From positions 7,819,514-7,864,443 of the forward strand of contig NC_069001.1 in the NCBI RefSeq assembly GCF_001194135.2: DNA of 44,930 nucleotides, given 5' to 3'. The position numbers were made by a program, and so were the translations under genes. Shown here one piece after another: positions 36,156-44,930 of the stretch (the first letter of the stretch is position 1; each line of letters begins with the position of its first letter). The DNA is from Octopus bimaculoides (Eukaryota). The notes beneath the pieces are model-generated. The model searched no databases and was not told the origin of the DNA. It saw only the letters and a list, made by a program, of their open reading frames with translations.

Positions 36156-36968
36156 ACAGTGGGGTAGTCAGATTAATTCGTTCGTTTCTTTCAAACATTT
36201 GCATTAACATGAGAAAAATTTTTATCGCAGTCTTTTATGTTTTTTTTTTTTTTTTTTGTAGCTCAGTGAGATTTCAACATCATTTTGTTTATGATTTTCC
36301 AAATTTGTATAAATTTTACCTCTTTTATAATGATATACGATAACTGAGGATCAAGTAGAAAAATAAACGAGCATTTTCAATAGCTGATTCTCTTCGCTTT
36401 CAATCAAAGTTCAAAATTTATCAAAGCTGTTCAAGATTTGTGCTGTGTACGGTGAAGGCGCTATTATTCAAAGAACTTCACATAAATGGTTTTCACGCTT
36501 CCTGGAGGGGAAATTCGACCTCACATACTCTCCGCGTTCCAACTGACTTGCTCAATTCAATGAGGATCGATTGAACCAGTTCATCCAAGAGGATCCGCAT
36601 CAATCAAGTAGGGGATTGGCTCAGCAACCGGGATGCTCTCTTCATATCGTCGCCAGTCACCTTCACTCGACAGGTAAGGTTCAAAAACTTGTCGATGTAA
36701 AACAACATGGTATCACTTCTGCACTCGCTTTATTCGCCAGACTCAGCACCTGCAGGTTTCCATTTCTTCCCCAAGATGGAAAGGCAGTTCAAAGGTCGCC
36801 GTTTTAACACTGTTGTCGAGATCAAGAGCGAATCGCAGAAGGTCCTCTACTCGCTTACTGAAAACGACTTCTAGGCCAAAGATTACTATTGCGAAGGAGA
36901 TGAAGTTAAAACTTAAAAATAAATAAATAAACGTAACTAGTCTGGGAACTTTTCCATACCACCCCATG
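36156..36968 (+). mobile_element. Mariner (Tc1/mariner) transposase remnant, internally deleted or chimeric
   Basis: N-terminal HTH region CAVYGEGAIIQRTSHKWFSRF...NEDRLNQFIQEDPHQSSRGLAQ...KVQKL is joined to C-terminal MVSLLHSLYSPDSAPAGFHFFPKMERQFKGRRFNTVVEIKSESQ (YSPDLAP motif). Confidence 0.85.
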
Positions 36969-37152
36969 CTGATTAAAATAAATAGAAAAGAAAATGAACG
37001 GAATAATCTAACTCGAATACATCTAGTAAGCATGGCCAACAAATTGTGGTATTTGTGGTTAGGAGGGAACTGCTTTCTTTTTCTCTTTTTAGTTTTTGTT
37101 TGTTTTGTTGAGCATTGTTAACAAATATCGCCTGAGGTCGGAAGTTAGTGAA

Positions 37153-37439
37153 GGCGCATGGCTTAATGGTTTGAGTATTCAGCTCACAATCGTGGGCTGT
37201 GTCCTTGAGCAAGACACTTTATTTCACCTTTCATTCAGCTGGTAAAAATGAGTAGCGCCTGTATTTCAAATCAAAGGACCAGCCTTGTCACATTCTGTTA
37301 TGCTGAATCTTACTGAGAACTACGTTAAGGGATCGCGTGTCTGTGGACTGCTCAGTCACTTGCACGTTAATTTCATGAGCAAGCTGTTCCGTTGATCGGA
37401 TCAACTGGAACACACATCGACGTAACAGATGGAGCGCCA
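37153..37439 (+). mobile_element. SINE family C, full length
   Basis: ggcgcatggcttaatggtt...gtgtccttgagcaagacactttatttcac...ggatcaactggaac...gatggagcgcca. Confidence 0.9.
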
Positions 37440-37629
37440 AGACGGATGTTGGAGTCAAGCTGGAGGCAGAATATTCTTTCTGTTATTTTATTCTAATATT
37501 CTAAGAACTCGGCGACGTCAGCAGACAAATATTATTAGAAACAGATTTATAAGAATATCTTTCGTCGCACAATGTTCTGTTGATGAGCTCAGAAAATTGA
37601 GTTTAAAAATAATCTTGAATATATACCAC

Positions 37630-37820
37630 ATTTCTATCCATTTATCTATCTATCTGTCTATCTATGCCTGCCTGTCTGTCTGTCTGTCTATCTATCTCTC
37701 TATCTGTCTATCTACCTCTATCTATCTATCTATCTCTATCTATCTGTCTGTCTCTCTGTCTATCTCTGTCTAGCTTTCTGCCTATCTATCTATCTATCTA
37801 TCTATCTATCCATCTATCTT
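37630..37820. repeat. (ATCT)n/(GTCT)n microsatellite
   Basis: Direct reading. Confidence 0.9.
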
Positions 37821-38839
37821 ATATATATATGTATGTATACTTATNNNNNNNNNNNNNNNNNNNNNNNNNNNNNNNNNNNNNNNNNNNNNNNNNNNNNNNN
37901 NNNNNNNNNNNNNNNNNNNNNNNNNNNNNNNNNNNNNNNNNNNNNNNNNNNNNNNNNNNNNNNNNNNNNNNNNNNNNNNNNNNNNNNNNNNNNNNNNNNN
38001 NNNNNNNNNNNNNNNNNNNNNNNNNNNNNNNNNNNNNNNNNNNNNNNNNNNNNNNNNNNNNNNNNNNNNNNNNNNNNNNNNNNNNNNNNNNNNNNNNNNN
38101 NNNNNNNNNNNNNNNNNNNNNNNNNNNNNNNNNNNNNNNNNNNNNNNNNNNNNNNNNNNNNNNNNNNNNNNNNNNNNNNNNNNNNNNNNNNNNNNNNNNN
38201 NNNNNNNNNNNNNNNNNNNNNNNNNNNNNNNNNNNNNNNNNNNNNNNNNNNNNNNNNNNNNNNNNNNNNNNNNNNNNNNNNNNNNNNNNNNNNNNNNNNN
38301 NNNNNNNNNNNNNNNNNNNNNNNNNNNNNNNNNNNNNNNNNNNNNNNNNNNNNNNNNNNNNNNNNNNNNNNNNNNNNNNNNNNNNNNNNNNNNNNNNNNG
38401 TGATGGTGGTGCCAGTGCTGGTAGCGGTGGAGGTGGTGGTGGCGGCGACGGTAGCGGATGTGGTGGTGGTGGTGGTGGTGGTGGCGGCGTCGGTGGTAGA
38501 ATCAAGCGGAGTGTACTACTGTTTGTGCTGTTGCTACTAAAATGGTTGCGTTGTTGCTGTTGCTGTTGATTTGGGGGACCATGATGGGTCCTTAAAATTT
38601 GTATGATATTATCGGTGGTGGTGGGGAAGTTAGTGATCGTGTTTCAGTTGCATTAACAGCAGCGATAATGACGAAGGTGAGGCTTGTGGATTGAAAGTGA
38701 TGATGATGATGATGATGATGATGATGGCGGTGGTGGTGGTGGTGGTAGCAGACGTGGTGTTAAGTATAAAATTGCTGGAGGCGAATTCGCGCCAAAATTG
38801 CAAAACTAAAAGACAGAAACTAAACAATAATTATGTCCC

Positions 38840-38879
38840 TAGGGAGATGAAAGAGAGATAGAGACGGAGATATGAGTGC

Positions 38880-38928
<49 letters not shown>

Positions 38929-39620
38929 CGTGTGTGTGTGTGAGCGTGTGTGTGTGTGTGTGTAATGAAAGAGAAAGTGTAAAGTGAAAGTGTGGAAGAG
39001 AAAGGGGGATAGAGAAGAGAATGATATGGGGAAAGGGAAAAACAGATAGAGAAAGAAGAAGGAAGGGAGAGGGGATATGGATGGATAGAATACGAGGGAG
39101 GAGACAGAGAAGAGAATATGAGGAAGGTGTGACATCGATAAAGACAAGGAAAAGAAGAGAGACGAAAGAAACAAAGGAGAGATCGAGAGAGAAAGAGCAG
39201 AGTACGACAGAGTGAGACCGACAGAGAGAGAGAGAGAGTAGGGAAAAAGTGTTATTATATGATGTAATGAGAAAGAGCAGGAAAGGTGGAGGCGATTGAA
39301 AAATTGAAGAGAAGTAAAACAGAGGCAAGTTTGAGGGAGAAGGAGTGAAATGGTTTCTAATGAGGAAGAGAGAGTTGTGGTGGTGGTCGGAGGAACGGAA
39401 TATAGAGAGAAAGGGAAGGAATGTATGAGAGGTGAAGGAGCAAGGAATGGAAAAATATATTACATGGAAAGAAGAAAAAAAAAACGTTGATTGTAAATTG
39501 GAATAAAAGGATGATGATTGAAAACGATGAGAGAATGACGAAGGTGCTGGGGAAAGAAGAAGTTAAAAGTTCAATTCTACATAAAATGAGTTGAGAGACG
39601 TAATATGCGATGGAAAATAA
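38840..39620. repeat. Purine-rich low-complexity tract with (GT)n and (GA)n
   Basis: Direct reading. Confidence 0.85.
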
Positions 39621-40227
39621 CAACCCAGTCGCGGGTGACGCCACTGACTGCTTTAACAAAAGAAAATTTTAAAAAAAAGGAAAAAGAAAATGGAAGAAGC
39701 AGACGATAATTTCAAGCTATAAAGGCTCACCATTTTGATTGCTAAACATTCTTCGTTGTCAGGCAACTAAATAGGAGATTGATCAAAATTCGATAAGTCG
39801 ATTTGCATTTTGCATTTTTAAATCGCATGTATATATGTGGAACTTCCCCCCCCCCCCATCCTCTTATTGTTAATATTTATTTAAAAAGCAAGAGATTTCG
39901 TTCAGACAATAGCAAACCAGATTGTATTCAATATGTTTCATTGCGTTCTCTAAAAATTCTTTCACAGACACCTTCAACTGTCAACCTAAAGACTGATTCC
40001 GATAAAATAAACCAGCTATAGGATTTTAAATGAAAAGCAGCTTTGAGCCAATTAATAGAGATAAAAAACATAAACAAACAAACACTATATATCTGTTATT
40101 TTCTTTCCTTAAGCTCTTTACATAAACATTATGTTTTCTGTCTATCAATCAATCAATCTATCCATCTATCTATCTATCTATCCATCTATCTATCTATCTA
40201 TCTACTATCAATCTAACTAATGCATAC

Positions 40228-40271
<44 letters not shown>

Positions 40272-40357
40272 AATATACGAGTATATGCATATATATGTAC
40301 ATGTATGTACATACCTTCATCCACATGTACACATAGATACATAACTGGGTACATGAC

Positions 40358-40398
<41 letters not shown>

Positions 40399-40540
40399 TA
40401 TATGTTATAATATATATGTATATCATACATATGAGTATGCATTCCTATATATATATATACATACACACATACAAATGCATATTATATACGCAAACGTATA
40501 TATGTGTGTGTGTCTGTGTGTGTGTGTACCTATGTATATA

Positions 40541-40586
<46 letters not shown>

Positions 40587-40587
40587 G

Positions 40588-40749
40588 ATTCAACTTGAGG
40601 CACAAGACCAACAGTTGGGAGAGGGGATAAGTCGATTATATCAACCCCAATGCTCAACTTCGGCGGAATTTGAACTGAACATAAAGACGGTCGAAATGCG
40701 AGTAAGCATTTTGTCCGGTGTGCTAACGATTTTGCCAGCTCATCGCCTT
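40588..40749 (-). mobile_element. SINE family A with internal deletion
   Basis: gcacaagaccaac...ccccaatgctcaact|tcggcggaatttgaact...gctaacgattttgccagctcatcgcctt. Confidence 0.85.
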
Positions 40750-41016
40750 AATATTGACGATATAATGATAAGAATAAAATCATTGTCATTTCATCATGGC
40801 CTTGATGAGTAAATCAATACGGGAATATCTTGGACAAATTCACCTATATATAGATACAGGTGATTAAGAGTCGATTGTTCATATATACATATATATATAT
40901 ATATACATATATATATGTATACAGATATTAGAGACTGCGCATGGCACATACTCTTTCATCATTATCCGTCTATCTCCTGCTGTTTCTTCTCTTCCTGCCA
41001 TTCGTTTTTATTCTCC

Positions 41017-41053
<37 letters not shown>

Positions 41054-41807
41054 CGTTAAGATTTTCAACAAACTGTTTCTAAACATGCGTATTCCAACTG
41101 ATTTATGACGCTTTGTACCATGATAAACATTTTTAATAATGTATTACCTGCTCGACCAGACAACTGCCTCAATATTCAGACTAATTAATGAATCCTATTT
41201 CTAAAATGATCTTGTCAAGTGATACACTAAAACCGCCATTTTTACCATTGTTTTGTTTGCTTTTCAGACGAAAACACCATGTTGTAAAAACATCTCCCGC
41301 CTTGTCGTCTGTGTCTATACAAAGATGAATTCAACTTGTTCTCGTTTTAATTTATTCATCAAGGTCATGATAAAATGACTATGCGTTTTTCATTATATGA
41401 TCAATTACATAAAAACACTGTTAAATAATTGTTACTCAAATTCATGTTTTCCAAACTTGTTAACTGAATTATTTAATCTATGCTGTTGAGACAGCTGTAA
41501 CCGAAGAATACATGTGAAGGCAGTGCCACTATCCTTTGGTTGTTATATGTGTGTGTGTGTGTGTTTGTGTGTGTGTGTGCGCGCGCGCGCGCGGGGGCAT
41601 TTGATGTTGTGATGCCGAGTATAGAGAATTTAAAACAAACTTAAAATAGCTTCTGTATATTAAGGTCACCATTCGCCAGTTCAGATCATATGGTTGTTTA
41701 TGCGACCAAAGGATCATTTATTAATTTTTTTAATTATTATTCGGTCCACAAATTGGATGTTAGCGGGATTTTGTCAACAATCTGCAGCATAAACAAAATA
41801 TACATAA

Positions 41808-42285
41808 AAAAATGTACTAGGCTTACAAAAAATAAATCCGGGGGTCGATTTGTTCGAGTAAAGGCGGTACTCCAGCATGGTCACACACACACACACACAT
41901 ATATATATTTATATATATATATATAAATGTACGACGGCTTCTTTAAGTTTCCGTCTACCAATTCCACTCAAAAGGCTTTCGTCGGTCCGATGCTATAGTA
42001 GAAAACACTTGCCTCAGGTGTCACGCAGTGGGACTGAACCCGGAACCAGGTGGTTGGGAAGCAACCTTCTTACCACACACACACACACACACAAAACACA
42101 CACATACATTGTTGTGTCCTGAGAGAGTCTTACGCCAATAATACAAAAACTAAGTATATACATACATACATATATACACAAAAACATATATACATATATA
42201 CACATGTACACACACACACATATCTACATTTGTTCGCGCATGGCCGTAGTCTAATGACTGAAACGAGTAAAAGATAAAAGATATA
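41808..42285 (+). mobile_element. SINE module D interrupted by an inverted family B SINE (41928-42075) and microsatellites
   Basis: D breaks at ccagcatgg (41880) and resumes at gcatggccgtagtctaatgactgaaac (42238). Confidence 0.8.
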
Positions 42286-42954
42286 TAGATATATGTGTAT
42301 GTAAATGTGTATATATGTATGTATATGTATGTATATAAATATACATATATACATACACACACACATTTATATTTATATACACATACTCATAAGTATAAAT
42401 ATACATACGCGTATATTTATATATACATATTCATATATGTATATACATATACAGTGTATATATGTGCGTGTGTGTGTATTATTCATCTTATATTGCTACG
42501 CTCCACTTATAATCAAGTAGCCAGCCCTACGCCCCTACCCCTATACCCCAACCCACATCCCCACCCACCATCCACAGCCACCCCGACAACCCAACCTGGC
42601 CGCCCTCACCAGTCCCTGACGACTAACTACGCGACCAACCAATTCACCATATTCTAGACATTTATCTCACTCGGTTTATTTCTCAATATACACACTAGAC
42701 TCGATCAAAGCAAACTTTTGATCTGTCCGTTCTAAGATATCGCTGGATCCTTTATAGCCGAACTATTTCACATTAGCACCACATCATTGATGATTCCTTA
42801 CTTCTCCGCAGACACAACAATAAAAATATTCTTCTTAAACTCTTTGCGTTAGTCTCTTGGCTTTTTTTTGTTTTGTTTTGTTTTGTCATTTTATTTCGTT
42901 TTATCTCTTGGCCTTTTTTCTTCTTCTTCTTCTTCATCTAAACAATTATCATCG

Positions 42955-43072
42955 TTCGTCGTCGTCATCACCATCATTACCACCACCACCACCACCATCA
43001 CAACCACCACCACAACCACCACCACCAGCATCATCATCATCAACAACAACAACACCGACACCGACAACATCA

Positions 43073-43142
<70 letters not shown>
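42955..43142. repeat. (CAC)n/(CAT)n/(ATT)n trinucleotide tract
   Basis: Direct reading. Confidence 0.95.
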
Positions 43143-43837
43143 NNNNNNNNNNNNNNNNNNNNNNNNNNNNNNNNNNNNNNNNNNNNNNNNNNNNNNNNNN
43201 NNNNNNNNNNNNNNNNNNNNNNNNNNNNNNNNNNNNNNNNNNNNNNNNNNNNNNNNNNNNNNNNNNNNNNNNNNNNNNNNNNNNNNNNNNNNNNNNNNNN
43301 NNNNNNNNNNNNNNNNNNNNNNNNNNNNNNNNNNNNNNNNNNNNNNNNNNNNNNNNNNNNNNNNNNNNNNNNNNNNNNNNNNNNNNNNNNNNNNNNNNNN
43401 NNNNNNNNNNNNNNNNNNNNNNNNNNNNNNNNNNNNNNNNNNNNNNNNNNNNNNNNNNNNNNNNNNNNNNNNNNNNNNNNNNNNNNNNNNNNNNNNNNNN
43501 NNNNNNNNNNNNNNNNNNNNNNNNNNNNNNNNNNNNNNNNNNNNNNNNNNNNNNNNNNNNNNNNNNNNNNNNNNNNNNNNNNNNNNNNNNNNNNNNNNNN
43601 NNNNNNNNNNNNNNNNNNNNNNNNNNNNNNNNNNNNNNNNNNNNNNNAGATAGGCCAAATGCAAGATGTGGGGTCCAGCACAGCAACAAGTTTTATGCTC
43701 AAGGTAGCCTTCTACAAGAGGGATGCCTTGACAAAGACAAGGGGTCCCTCACTCTTAGTGGGCTTACTGCGCCTTTGGACACTTATCCGAGTATTTCTAC
43801 GTCCTAGCGAATAAATACACACACACACAAACACGCA

Positions 43838-43877
<40 letters not shown>

Positions 43878-43881
43878 TACA

Positions 43882-44422
43882 TCACAATGCCTGTGCAGAG
43901 TTTTAGGTCCAATAAAACTTGCACGACACCTCATAGACCCTCTTCACTTTATTGACATAATCCTGAGACAAGCCAGAGCAAGATGTCTGGCACCAATATG
44001 AGTCGCAGGCTCAGAGAAGTAGGAGCGCCATGATCTCTAGCACAAACCAGAGATCCCCCAAAATATCCAATACCATTCCCTGCATATCTGGTTTTATATC
44101 AGAGCGACCTTCTCTTAGAGATATGCTTCAACAGAAGCTGGGGGGTGCCTCACTCCCAGTAGTCTTCTAGCACACCGGACACCATCCCGGAATTTCTGCG
44201 TACCTGTGCTATTGCTAGATAGCCGTTGAGCCTGCACTAGGTTCATCCTACCTTTCAACAGGTCTTGCTTTTAATCCTGCTGGGTTTCTAGCAACCCTCC
44301 TCACCAAGGTGACCTGGTGGGGTGCTTGTTTAGTCCCTAACAACCCGATCATGCAACAGATTGTACTGGATTACATGTTACCAGTAGCGCTTATGAGAGC
44401 CTCATAAGTGACCTGACACATG
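43882..44422 (+). mobile_element. Probable 5'-truncated LINE 3' end flanked by (CATA)n
   Basis: Starts after acatacatacat; weak LCRVLGPIKLARHL resembling an RLE C-terminus; terminal hairpin cttatgag/ctcataag; ends at (CATA)n. Confidence 0.4.
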
Positions 44423-44428
44423 CATACA

Positions 44429-44460
<32 letters not shown>

Positions 44461-44542
44461 ACTTAAGTCCATCCCGTCCAAGATATAGGGCAACCTAAAA
44501 TTCTATATAAAGGACACCTGTATGAAAACAATATCCATTTCC

Positions 44543-44586
44543 TCACTGACGAGATTGATGAAGCAATCGAAACACAGTGTGTCTGG
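44543..44586 (+). ncRNA. Minimal type I hammerhead ribozyme motif
   Basis: tca-CTGACGA-gattg(atgaag)caatc-GAAA-cac(agt)gtg-TC-tgg; all core nucleotides intact, stem I only 3 bp. Confidence 0.7.
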
Positions 44587-44853
44587 TGTAAAATAAATAT
44601 CTATTTTATTATAGATATTCTAACTTCTTAATGTAGTTTGTTCATACGTATACATCTATGTTTATTAAATTATCTTATCTTAGTCTTACCACGAGATATC
44701 AAGCACACTGTTAATATAACAATGATATATTGACAAGTTTAATCAGAAAAATTATACATACCAATGTATAGATATATATATATATATATGTGTGTGTGTG
44801 TATGTATGTGTGTGCGTGCACATATATATGTTTACACACACACATACACACAC

Positions 44854-44930
<77 letters not shown>

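Noticed and set aside
36571-36807. 78-aa ORF as a functional gene
   Set aside because: Fragment of a broken mariner transposase spanning the deletion junction.
122-44899. Most six-frame ORFs (YI, HT, CV, SL, poly-L/T/Q and X runs)
   Set aside because: Translations of microsatellites, low-complexity tracts or N gaps; no domain signature.
1-44930. CRISPR array, rRNA, known miRNA
   Set aside because: No regular repeat-spacer array, no rRNA motifs and no conserved miRNA sequence recognised by eye.

Overview
AT-rich, repeat-dense eukaryotic DNA from a draft scaffold (about 22 N-gaps, roughly 7 kb, most bordered by microsatellites). The SINE families and (TA)n/(CA)n/(TACA)n/(ATT)n density point to an octopus genome (inference). 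I found no confidently supported host gene; almost every listed ORF is a microsatellite or N-run translation. The window is intronic or intergenic and contains: three recurring tRNA-derived SINE families (one carrying an internal microsatellite); at least five decayed R4/Dong-like RLE LINE fragments, each abutting (TACA)n; mariner remnants; and a Helitron/PIF1 helicase relic. The most interesting signals are two type I hammerhead-ribozyme motifs. One (30279-30359) sits in a long nested hairpin and has a C3G core substitution; the other (44543-44586) has an intact core. Both resemble Penelope-like/retrozyme elements. Other signals: apparent (TACA)n targeting by the RLE LINEs, a fold-back palindrome at 1314-1414 and a diverged 108-bp direct repeat. 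All alignments and folds were done by eye; family names come from recalled motifs, not database searches.
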